Shown: positions 48,101 to 58,037 of the stretch, in pieces
How positions within the stretch are numbered: position 1 is the first letter of the stretch
Layout of the letters: each line of letters opens with the position of its first letter
Origin: Dipteris shenzhenensis
Lineage: Eukaryota
Length of the DNA stretch: 64,000 nt
Assembly: GCA_047967505.1 (NCBI GenBank)
Contig: CM106538.1
Reading direction: 5' to 3' (one strand)
Translations under genes and position numbers: made by a program
The notes under the pieces: model-generated
Database searches by the model: none
What the model saw: the letters and a program-made list of their open reading frames with translations, nothing else
Told to the model about the DNA's origin: nothing

Positions 48101-51100
48101 ATGCGCCAATGTATGTCACTTGGGTACTCTGCCAAGAGCAAGAGTGCCAACACAATTGGCCAATGTATGCTCTCCTTTATCTAGATCTCGGTCTTTCTTT
48201 TGTCTGCAGCTTGGTGCTTTATTGCTTGTGGTTTTCTATATTTTTGTGTGTTTTTTCATGGTTCTTTCAAGTATGAATAATTTAACTTGTCATTTTAGTT
48301 GTGGATTGACAGATGGAAATGGTTTTAAGACAAGCACCATGCGTCTTGGAGCTGATGTCATTGTTTTTTCACGATGTCCTGCACGGGACGGTGGCAGGTA
48401 AATGGCCTTGAGAGATTTACCAGAATGGCATAAGTTATTTTTACTCTTCCTGCTCAGCAACATTACCATAGCAGATGCGTTTATTGTTCCTAGCACCATT
48501 TCCATTTCTGATTTTATAGTCATCCCCATGTATCAAAGAGTCGTCAAATATGTCTCCTTGAAGGAACACCAACTGTCTTGTCAGTTCCTTCCACACTAGT
48601 TGTTATATATATGGAACATCTTTTGAATGTTGTGCCATGGCTTCTCTCTCTTCATGTATTGCTTCCTCCACTTCATGGCTACTATGGGAGTACCTTTAAA
48701 CATTTATTGTGGGTTACTTGTTATGTGTGTGCTGAATTCAGCAAGTGGCCAAGGTGAATTCTCAACCAAAAAAACATCGATGCTGTCATCTATGGTGCAA
48801 GGCTTCTTTATTTGGAAAAGGATTACTACTCCTTGTGCATGTAATGCCTACGATATTTGCTAGAAAACATGATTTTGTTCTAGGTTCTTGCATTTGAAGT
48901 TAATATACTCTTTTTGAAATGGTGGATGCTTTACTATCAATCATTTCATGTGTGTCAGTGGTATTTGGGCTAGCAGACTGCTGGCAAGGATCGTCACTCA
49001 CATTTGTACAGAGCAATGATCACTCCTAATCATTGTAACATGCAAAGGTAATGAGATCGTGTAATCACAGTGAGACCTTCTTGAAACCTTTAGCGAGGAA
49101 TCAACGTCATGCACTATAGAGAGAGAAAGGAGATAAAGGTAAAGAGAGAATGGAGTTGACAACCGATTGGGTCCCTGTACCCACTGAGGGTCCCCTCCCC
49201 CAATCAAGGGAGAATTTTCTTTATACTTGGAGACAATCTTTGAGAGAGCACGAAAACGCGCTTCTGAAGAGTACACTGTGCACACATATTGCAGACCCGA
49301 AGACCTGAGAGGCAACGCCGACCAAAACCAAGACCTTGATGCTGTCCACAGTGACAATGTAGGACACTTCTACAAGGCAAGGAAGAGGCTTGTGCTGTCC
49401 ACTAGGATGCAGGGTTACTGTATGAGTGAGAGTGAAAGTTGGGAGTAATAGATTCTAAAGAGAGCTGAGAGATGACTGAAATATAGAGCTGAAAAGTGAG
49501 CTGTGCAAAATTGTAAAGAAAGGTGTAAAGAGCCGCTGAAAGAGTACCCTGAGACCCCCTTTCTATGGCTGGTCCCTTGGTCCCATAACTTGGCCCCATA
49601 AAAGGTGGCCTAGGGAGGGGTGCAGGATAGCCTATAAAGGCAACCCTTCCCTTGCCATTTTTCCAGCCCTGAGGGGGCCCAAAAGGGATCCTATCTTAAG
49701 CTGGACCTAAACCTAACTCTAAAAGATGGAAACATTGGGTACTAATGATCCTATTAAGGAACTATTATGTACTTTTCGATGTAGCCAATGTGTCACATTG
49801 CACCCAAGTGCAGGGGTGCATGTGACAATCACAGATGTATATAATCGAAAGAGCACAAGTTGGGCTGAGAGAACTAAGTGCTGTTTTGGGAAGCATGGTA
49901 GCATTATGCATGGAATGAAAGAATAAACTTTTCCTCCAAAGCGTTGAGTTTTTTCAAATAAAGTTTTTGTATGCCTCTAAAGTAAAAAGAATATAACACT
50001 ATAATAATACTTCCAGTTTGTGAAAACAAATAAAACCATTGGAAAAAGTAAGCTTGGATAAATAAGCTTCAAGTGAAACAAAACTATCCTCAACTGTTTT
50101 GGGAAGCATGGTAGCATTATACATGGAATGAAAGATTAAACTTTTCCTCCAAAGCGTACGAGTTTTTTTAAATAAAGTTTTTGTATGCCTCTAAAGTAAA
50201 AAGAATATAACATTATAATAATACTTCCAGTTTGTGAAAACAAATAAAACCATTGGAAAGAGTAAGCTTGGATAAATAAGCTTCAAGTGAAACAAAACTA
50301 TCCTCCCTGTGAATAAAACTATCATTCCTGTCAACTGATTAATGATGCTACATTTTCTGGATAAAATAAAAGCTTATTGAATGCACTATCGTGCAAAAAA
50401 GACATGTACTGAAGAGTTGCAATACGTAGCTTTTGCAGATCTTTTGATCATAGGATGTTTTTAGTGTGAATACATTATTCAAAGCTATGATTTACTTCTG
50501 GCTTGCTGTTTATGCTCTTACATAAGACATGATATTTTATTCAACTATTAAAGAAAGCCTCGAAAAGCTTATCTCAAGACTGAGAATATACTCCATAGGA
50601 CTCAACCCAATCATGAGAAATCAACAAGTACAACAGGGGGGAGAATCAAGAGTGGTGAGTCTTGCCATTGACCAATTTCAAGAAATATCCAATAAGGGGA
50701 GTTATGCCACCCTCACTGAACTCGAAAAAGACACTCTCCAAGGAAAGTCCAATGCTTTGTTTGGGTGGCTGAAGAGTTTCAAGTGTATATCATCGCCTAT
50801 CCTCTTGGCAGATGGTTGTATACAATGGGCACATGAGATCCTTTAGAGAAAGATGCTAGGCGTAGATTTGATACAGGAGTGAGGATGAACACGTTGCAAT
50901 GGGAGTATGTATAATGGCAATAAACATGGTAAAACCTAGTAGTGTATTGAGAATTTATAGTTGCAAGCTTTGGCTCAAGGAACATTGTGGAAGCCCAAAA
51001 GGAAGTGAATCATTGTCGAGAGTTGATTTAAATTGATTGTAAAAGCTGATGTCCAGTCTTAGTGCAAGCCAAGGGACAATGTGGAATGTGAATGACAATG

Positions 51101-53798
51101 TTGTCACACTCACATTGAACATTGAAGATGTTCCTATCATGCATAGCCATGCACTCACAACTATGGCTCAATGTTGAGTAATCAAACAAAGAATGAAATC
51201 TTTCCTTTCTTGTCTAGTGAGCAGGGATGTCTCTTGAGTGGTGCCCTGATTATTCTAGTGAGGATCGTTGCTAGGGTGAGGCTTTTTGGAAGATTGAAGA
51301 ATCCTTTTGCAATTTTGGAAAATGTAGCCTTTGCTTTAGCAGAATTTGTTGGAGGAGAATGGGGGAATTTTTTGCAAAAGCCTTGGTCCGAAGTCATAAG
51401 TTTATGGTCAATTTGCTTTGGTCTTAGCTCCATAAAAACAGGGCTTTTTAACCCCTCTTGGTACCTGCAACAATTTAATGAACCACACCACTGCGGCAAC
51501 CATTAACTGTTAGCTTTTTGCATGCAAAAATAATCTCTAGACTAATCCTAGTCTTTGTGGGTGTCCCCATCAAGAAAAACCAATGCTCACGCCAAACATT
51601 AGTTCACTGGTTGACCAAGGTCAACCCTCTTGACTATAATTAAGGGGCTTCCCTGACTGAAGTCAAGCCTTCTTGACTGAAGTTAAGTATCTTTGACCAA
51701 AGTCAATGCTTTGACCAATCAAAAGAATTCTTTGACCATAATTAAAATAAATAAGGAATTCTTTAACTAATGTCAAATAGAAGGTCAACTCTATATTGCA
51801 CTTGGATTATAAAAAGGATTCAAGAGAAGATGGCAAGTCAAAAAGCTTAAATATTATTATTGTCCACAAATGAAAAGTTGTGATAGAGACTATGGACAGC
51901 AGGTCCTAAGTCTGGAATGATTGAGGACTAGTCAGAATTAAATTTGGATAAGAGTTCAGCAGATTACTTGTCAAATCTCTTTTAGAGGGCCTTGAAAGAG
52001 AGCTGAATACCTTAGCATTTGACACATGACACATGGCTGTTCTGCAAGTCACAAACCAGCAATTCTTATCAAGGCAATCAAAATACACGGGGTAGTTTCA
52101 CCATCTTCTTGAGAATGGATGTTCCAGATGTTGATTCAGTTGTTTCAAAGATTAGGAAAAACAATCAAACATACCTAGTTGCAAGTCTGTCCTGCTCATG
52201 TAAAAGTCATATGTGCAATTCCAGTAGAATTTAGATTGTGATAAGTGCCCTTCTTAGCAGCTGTATTTTGGTGGGCTTTCATACTTTTGGTAAATTGAGC
52301 TGTCTTGCCCACCTGTACAGCACCAGGTTATATGTGCTGTTTGCTGCTTTCTTGTATGCAAATTTGTGTCAGTTTTTCCACAAATGAATCCTATGTTTAA
52401 TGATCTCCCCCTTAACTGTTGCAGTGCTACTCAAAGTATAGGCATGCTTTCTTATTCATTTTTGCGGGACACAGGCCAGGAGGACATTATTGTGCCCATG
52501 GTGAGAGAAGTGTGTCAGAGTATAGTGCAAATATTTCGGTTGTGGATGCATGTAATTTTCAGGTTTCTTGGTATAGCTTATTAGCCAAGGTTTGATCTTT
52601 TGAGCAGAGCTAGGAACATACAAATTTCCTTGCGCATGGAACTTTATATGATTTCAGTTTTTAAAAATCTATTGCATTGATGCTCCTCTCTTCCCAGGTT
52701 GACTATGAAGTTGAGCCTTTTGGGTTGCGCAAGCTTATACGAAGTAATGTAGATGATTGGAATTATAATATGAACACGATCAAGCAGTGGTCACCATATG
52801 ACACAGAAGTGGACCTCTTAGATCAGGTTTGTCGAACTTATGCATTGCAGTGTGAGGTTCTCTTGTATATCATGGTTACTAGACAGAAATATTGTATCAG
52901 AACTCCTCAATAAAGGAATGGGCATCTCTGCAAAGAATGCTATGTTTAGTTTTGACATAAGAGAAAGGTCAGTTTCATGCTTTCTTTGTGGTTGATGATC
53001 TGAAGCCTGGTCTCAGCATTCTTGCTGCAATATCTCTTGTAGTGATTGTCTTTATGAATCTCAATAGCTTGTAGAGTTCTGGAACCTCATGGTTGCAATC
53101 TTATGTCCTCCTCAATGTTTGCAGTTCAGAGGAATGAAGCTTCAAGGGACACGAATTGTCATATACAATCTTTGGGAGGATGATCAGGGACAGCTCGAGC
53201 TAGACTTTGAATCAGATCCTTATGTAGGTCTGCATATCTGTAAATGACAAACATTTAGCTAGCTCATACATCAAGGATTTTCCAGGGTGAATTATGCGCC
53301 TTTTGAAAGAACCGCCATGCGAGTACTCATAACATGGCCAATAATTGGGGTGAAGGTTCGAAGCAGACTTACTCCTGTTTTTTGCAGGACATACAAGTAC
53401 GAGGTGCCAACCGTGATGAGAAAAAAATATTAATGGCAGCCCGTTTCCCAAACTCTAGGCATTACTTGACCTATAGGCATTCTTTACGGGTGTGTTGATC
53501 AGAGTCCTGCATGTTTCTGATTCATTGTGTGCCTTCTTTGCAGCATGTAAGCCTGTTATGTTTCTTAACTACTGGTGCTGGTATCTTTTGTGAACAGTGA
53601 AGATGTTTTAAATGAGAAATGCTTTACTTCCTGCAGAGCTATGCATCTATTTTATACCTGCGACTCCCGCCAGGGTTTAAGATTATTTTGCGAGGGAAAG
53701 TTCTGGAGCATCACAGCTTGGTGGATGACTTGATGTTTACACAGGAATTGACATACAAACCGCAAGGTGCAGCTGATTTTACTCAAAAAGATATAAAC
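34895..53798 (+). CDS. MORC: MORC-family (Microrchidia/CRT1) GHKL ATPase, MORC4/MORC7-like; 11 exons in window, 3' part beyond 64000
   Basis: Exons 34895-35306, 46535-46609, 47028-47062, 47174-47252, 48072-48164, 48313-48397, 52425-52500, 52698-52826, 53125-53223, 53388-53489 and 53637-53798. All are GT-AG, phases are compatible, and they total 1347 nt without a stop. Motifs: [112 protein letters not shown]. Confidence 0.95.
36466..36625. repeat. ~78-bp direct tandem duplication
   Basis: Two near-identical copies starting CATTAAACTC. Confidence 0.9.
36781..36996. repeat. Compound tandem duplication (44-bp unit x3; longer unit x2)
   Basis: GCAAAGGATGAGTGCGGATGTGTGATGTAGCAATGCCGCCAGGA occurs three times. 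Confidence 0.9.
37600..38030 (+). mobile_element. Degenerate chromovirus (Ty3/gypsy) 3' end: integrase tail, chromodomain, PPT
   Basis: RIGELAYK, HVSCLKK, EPKRILD, LVKWKD..DNAT, followed by TTTTAGGGGGAGGAAATG. Confidence 0.65.
38620..40560 (-). mobile_element. Degenerate LINE RT region with an internally triplicated segment
   Basis: YCFIDFRKAFDT, LWERL, GVKQGCPLSP, IYIDDVV, LQAHLDAL and YPILLAET. The core occurs three times (~39160-39640, ~39650-40080, ~40080-40560). Confidence 0.85.
41310..41340. repeat. (TG)n microsatellite
   Basis: Direct inspection. Confidence 0.95.
41341..42162 (+). mobile_element. 5'-truncated LINE 3' end (C-terminal Cys/His motif, 3' UTR, (CT)n tail)
   Basis: IPRECCICTICERHEVESEEHFAFKCPVYFEIR matches the LINE C-terminal C-x2-C...E-x-E-x-HF-x3-CP-x-Y-x2-IR pattern. 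It ends in GTAATAAGCTT(TC)n. Confidence 0.7.
43495..46409 (+). mobile_element. Old non-autonomous copia-derived LTR element (5' LTR 43495-45121, ~790-bp internal region, 3' LTR 45914-46409)
   Basis: The two LTRs share start (T/C)GTTGGATA..AATCAAAGATTAA and end GCAACACTTG...CAACA. PBS-like TGGTATTAGA at 45124; gag-like NGSNF..LYLMEKGLWSKVVG; PPT AAGGGAGAT at 45905. No TSD preserved. Confidence 0.75.
43918..44983. repeat. ~380-420-bp unit repeated three times inside the 5' LTR
   Basis: Units begin near 43918, 44295 and 44732 (CGGAGTG(C/T)TGA(T/C)AGAAAC). Confidence 0.85.
46535..46609 (+). CDS. MORC: MORC exon 2
   Basis: [26 protein letters not shown]/GT flanks. Confidence 0.93.
47028..47062 (+). 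CDS. MORC: MORC exon 3 (GHKL motif I)
   Basis: [18 protein letters not shown] acceptor and GTGATT donor. Confidence 0.93.
47174..47252 (+). CDS. MORC: MORC exon 4
   Basis: VVNGATFVNINMIRNLQTGGPLLLIE; its phase bridges exons 3 and 5. Confidence 0.9.
48072..48164 (+). CDS. MORC: MORC exon 5 (GHKL DxGxG motif)
   Basis: [31 protein letters not shown]. Confidence 0.94.
48313..48397 (+). CDS. MORC: MORC exon 6
   Basis: [28 protein letters not shown]. Confidence 0.94.
49034..49827. mobile_element. Solo LTR in MORC intron 6
   Basis: Ends TGTAACATGCA...TGCATGTGACA (10/11 inverted match), flanked by ATCAT/ATCAC (5-bp TSD, one mismatch). Confidence 0.8.
49881..50305. repeat. ~213-bp direct tandem duplication
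   Basis: Copies start at 49881 and 50094 and differ at only a few positions. Confidence 0.92.
52425..52500 (+). CDS. MORC: MORC exon 7
   Basis: [26 protein letters not shown]. Confidence 0.93.
52698..52826 (+). CDS. MORC: MORC exon 8
   Basis: VDYEVEPFGLRKLIRSNVDDWNYNMNTIKQWSPYDTEVDLLDQ. Confidence 0.93.
53125..53223 (+). CDS. MORC: MORC exon 9
   Basis: [33 protein letters not shown]. Confidence 0.93.
53388..53489 (+). CDS. MORC: MORC exon 10
   Basis: DIQVRGANRDEKKILMAARFPNSRHYLTYRHSLR. Confidence 0.93.
53637..53798 (+). CDS. MORC: MORC exon 11 (S5-fold region)
   Basis: [60 protein letters not shown] donor. Confidence 0.93.
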
Positions 53799-54111
53799 GT
53801 AAGCTACCTGAAAGTTGCATTTCTGATGCCAATTCCAACACTTGCATTTGTTGTACTCTTTTATCTCTGCCTTCTCAATTTATTCATGTTGGTCAAGCCA
53901 CATGATCATGTTTGTATATATTATACTGCCTGCTAGTGTCTTCTCTTAAAGGCTTGCGGCTTCGATAGCCTAAGGATTCTTGTTGGTGTCTATCAACGCC
54001 ACCTAAACTTTTGCTTCAAATAAAGTAGGCGAGTATCGTGATAGAGAAAGTTGGATATCAACTACTCACAGCTTTTTGATGAGCCAAAACTAAGTAGCTA
54101 ACTACAAAGGG

Positions 54112-55146
54112 TATACACTCCTGTAGTTGTGAGTAATTAATGGAAGATAAATTCTTGTGAGTGATATGGGGAGTAAACTTCACAAGAGAACGTGCATCAA
54201 GGAAGGAGTGGCAGAGAATAGAGGTATGAATTGATGAACTCTTTCTAATCACTCTAGATGCACTCACAAAGAGAGCCTCATTGCTCGAGCGGGGCTTTGG
54301 ACCTCGATGTGGCCTCCCTTGGGAATGGCTCCTGGTGTTGCTTGCCCTCCAAGTAAGCCCTGCAGATGTAGGAATAGGGTTGGTCATCTCCCCACCTGTG
54401 AGCCCCCATATGAGGAGTGCAGGGGGGGAGGGGTTGGACCATAGATTGATAGGATGGGTCATGGGGCTGCCACATGGGCTGCCATGTGGGCAGTAGAGAG
54501 AGAGTGGAAATACCTGGAAGATCAGGGCCACCATGGTGTGCAAAAGTGGTGCAGGAGTGCCACAGGGCTGTCCATGGATGGAAAGGACAGGCATGTGCAG
54601 GGAGACCAGCAAGAAACGACTGCGTGGACAGGCAGGATGACCTTATCCAGGATATGGAGCAATATGGACTCCAGTACAGATTGTTTAGAGGCTGCTTGGG
54701 ACCTGGAACAAGGCTGAAGGCGCTGTGTGTCGGCATTTTGGAGGGCCTATGGGCCTGGAAATCAGGCTGGATTATGGGCGGGCCTGCCTGGGGCAGCCTG
54801 CCAGTTGGCCAGGCAGGGCCATCCAAAGTTTGGAAGTATGCTGCCAAAGGCGGGCTTTATAGGCTGCTGGAAAAGTCGGCTGATTTGGCCTGTTTGAATC
54901 GGCTGGCAGGGGCAGAAAAGTTGGCTGATTTGAAGGGGCAACCAGCCCCTATAAAAGTGGGTCATTTGGGCTCCTTTGGCATCACTTGGAGCAGCCCTCA
55001 GACAGCAGCAGTTAGGGCTTCCTTGGGCCTATACTTAGGAGGTGAAGGAGATGTAGAGGAGCTGCAGACTAATCTTGAGGTGTTGCTTGCCTAGGCTGGC
55101 TACTCGGACAACAAGGTGGAAGGGATCACTTGACAGGGAGTCTACA
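54112..55146. mobile_element. Probable LTR (GC-rich block) in MORC intron 11
   Basis: Sharp GC-rich block ending GGGAGTCTACA with an imperfect inverted match at the left end and TATA-like motifs. No TSD found. Confidence 0.45.
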
Positions 55147-55299
55147 TAAACTCAGAGAAGCACGCGGGCTCGGAGATCTAGAGGTGCCATGCATATAGTA
55201 GGAGGACATTTTGGTAATGTACTGTGTCCAGTTTGTGGACAGATAGAAATATATGTGTTGCTTCTATATTTGTCTTGGATGCATTGTCTATTTTGGCTT

Positions 55300-55800
55300 G
55301 TACACGCACATGAATGGTTGTGAAGTGCACACACTATATGAACTAAGACCTCTTGCCGTCAAACTTTACCTTCATCTCGTTGTTGGCCATTTGACTCCGA
55401 GATAGTAAGTTCTTACAAAGATTACCTTCTCTTCTCGTCTCCCAATTCTGTCTTAAATGGAATGTTGCCAATACCCATTCTAGAGCAAGTCCTACTGTAC
55501 CTCACCGTCACCTTTGACTCTGAGTGTGGAGGCTCCATGGCTTTGAATGATGCTTTCTTGTTGGACATACGTTCTAATGCTCTGCTGCTTACATACCAGC
55601 CTTGCTTGCCTTTGGTCATTGCATGAGCCCATCAATGCTCAATGACCACCTCTAGCTCTCCTGTAGTCATGTTGGCTGATTTGGATTTGGACTCCTTGAG
55701 CTTGGACTCATTCCTCCTCTTCTGATGGGCCTCTTTCTTTCGGCAATAGAAACAATTCTTGTCCCAATTTCTTACTCTTACCATGGCTAAAGCCTTTACA
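55300..55800 (-). mobile_element. Copia gag knuckle/protease remnant
   Basis: NCFYCRKKEAH and GWYVSSRALERMS (decayed WxxDSGAxxHM). Confidence 0.6.
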
Positions 55801-55979
55801 AAGCATAATATATCAAAGTTTTTGTTTGCTCATTTCAAAGGCTAATCTTTAGCTATATTCCCATTTGTATCCCACAACATATCCAAGGCACCCAAAGCCT
55901 ACTCTAAGCTCGTTCCAAAATGAAATAAAGGCAAATTTAGTCTCCCTGAAAAGCATTCTTCCAAATAAGTTTTGAACTA

Positions 55980-57260
55980 GTTTTCAAGCAAATAAAGATA
56001 TCCATCATGGCAAGAGGTTCCATTGTTTTAATCACGGCCTTTCAAATTGGAAATCTTATGAGGTATTTCAAGGTGCTCCAAGGCAACCAATAAAACACAA
56101 AGAAGGTATTATTCACTTGAGATATCTAGATGTCAAAGGCATTTCAACATCTAGATATCTCAAGTGAGAGATTGCACGTGAAGGATAGTTGTGAGCAAAT
56201 ACTACACATTAAGAGCGATTCATAGGATGAAGTTTACATGCAATAGCAACCAAGTTTTAAGAGAAAAAGAAATTAACATATGATATATTAAATTAAAGAA
56301 CAGACTTCATGTTAAAACAAGCTTCAAGATCTTGATATAGTAGGACTGATGTGTACTTTATGTCAAAAGAATTTATCAATAATGAAGATGGTTACAGGTT
56401 ATACACTTAGATATAAAATGTAATCTAGCCATTAATACATTATATGTGGATAATGATTTGATCATTGCAGGTAACATCATAGAGATGATGAATCAAATCA
56501 AGGTAAACTTATGTAAGCAATATAACATGAGAGATGTGTTAGAAATGCATCGCATTTTTGGCATTGAATTCAACAAGAATTTAGATAAAGTGAAGATGTA
56601 ATCTTTCTCAATTAGAGAAGGTACATAAATGAAATGTTCAAGCAACTTGATATGCGAGAATGCAAATCTGTCAACACATCAATTGGAATATGTCACAATA
56701 CCTTTACGATTGAGAGTCAATACGTCAAGATGCTACATTGTATTGAGAAAAAGCTAGCAAACTGATGTATCTGATGGCCACACCTAGATCATACATTTGT
56801 TGCTTGGTTAGTTGGCTTGTGGAAAACCCTTGTGAGCATGATTGGAAATTGTTGAAAAAGATCTTTAAGTACCTAAAAGGTACAATGGACCATAAATTGC
56901 CATGTATGAAGGATAGAAATAAAAAACCAAACCTATATAGACTAGGGTGGAGTTAAATAGGAAAAGTGAACAATTTTTTTTTCCATTCTTGCTCCATGGT
57001 ATGGTTAAGCACAAAGCGAGACATAGTTGTCTTGTCTGCAACATAAGCATAGTATATTGCTTTATCAAAGTGGGATTGTGAAGCAATATGGCTAGGAAGG
57101 CTTTTACTTTAGTTCAAGGGGAAGAAATTACGACCTTGTTTTATAACAGGAGGCATTTGTTTTAGGAAAGAATCCCAAAAATCATGGAAGGCAAAGCATA
57201 TTGATATTAGTTTCTCTGTAGACTTATTCACCAAGGGTAACGTCTCAAGCATTCAAAGAA
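55980..57260 (+). mobile_element. Heavily decayed copia RT/RNase H remnant
   Basis: LDVK, DEVYMQ, LKQASRS*Y, LYVD(N)DLIIAG, NP..H...KHIDI. Confidence 0.7.
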
Positions 57261-57439
57261 ATCCAATGTCTATTTTGTCAAAGACAAAAATTCAGGCATT
57301 CATAAAAACTATATGTATCATAGAAACCAAAATTGCAACGAAAGGGGAAGTGTAAGAATAGTTAGTATTATGGTCTCATGGTGTACATAGGTTAGTATGC
57401 CGGTTGAGTTGTACACCACGGAAGTATCCCAAGTACTAA

Positions 57440-57815
57440 TAGTGCTACTTGGCTTTTTGGACCAGCTGAAGCCAAGTTGATCTCTCACCACTTTCACCTG
57501 CATGAGATGGTCATGTACTTGATCCCCTTCCTCCATGTTCATGTTGAACAACCTAGTCTAGGAGAGATAGGATCCTCGACGTGTTGTCCATCTCATACAA
57601 ACCCTTTAGAGCTGTCCATGCCTCACCAGACGTATTAGTACTCTAAAGATGTGGAATGACAGAATCCGTTGTCTTTCTTATGATCGATGCAAGGGCTTGG
57701 GCATCTTTGTCTTCCCATGCTTGCTGAATCTACAACCATTGTAATCATTCTTGAAGCATCCTTCATGTCAGTGGGCTTCGGATCCACCCCTATTGTGATC
57801 TTCCAAAGCTACCTA
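57440..57815 (-). mobile_element. Copia gag remnant
   Basis: LFNMNMEEGDQVHDHLMQVKVVRDQL (UBN2/gag-like) and LWKITIG. Confidence 0.6.
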
Positions 57816-57819
57816 CCCA

Positions 57820-58032
57820 CAACGCCACCTGGTGGTATGGGATACCAGGTTGGTTTGGATCTGATTGGGAGTTCGTGCCAGTAGCTCAGCTCGTGGCTCG
57901 GAGGGGACATCTCCTGATTCGGGATCACATCCCGTAGATGTCATGGTTGGGTGGTGAGCAGCTTGCTCAGTTTCTCACGTTGCGTGTGTTTGTTTTGTAG
58001 ATCAGGGGTTTTAGGAGTGCTGGGATGTGTCA
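57820..58032 (+). repeat. Partial (3' part) copy of the adjacent gypsy LTR
   Basis: Aligns to ~58347-58550 and ends GGATGTGTCA. Confidence 0.9.
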
Positions 58033-58037
58033 GTGAG

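Noticed and set aside
50530..52030. Possible coding remnant and TTGACC/GGTCAA-type repeats in MORC intron 6
   Set aside because: Probably TE-derived, but I could not recognise a motif or boundary well enough to call it.
54058..55094. Overlapping 184-206 aa ORFs on both strands
   Set aside because: No recognisable motifs; they lie in a GC-rich LTR-like block where open frames arise by chance.
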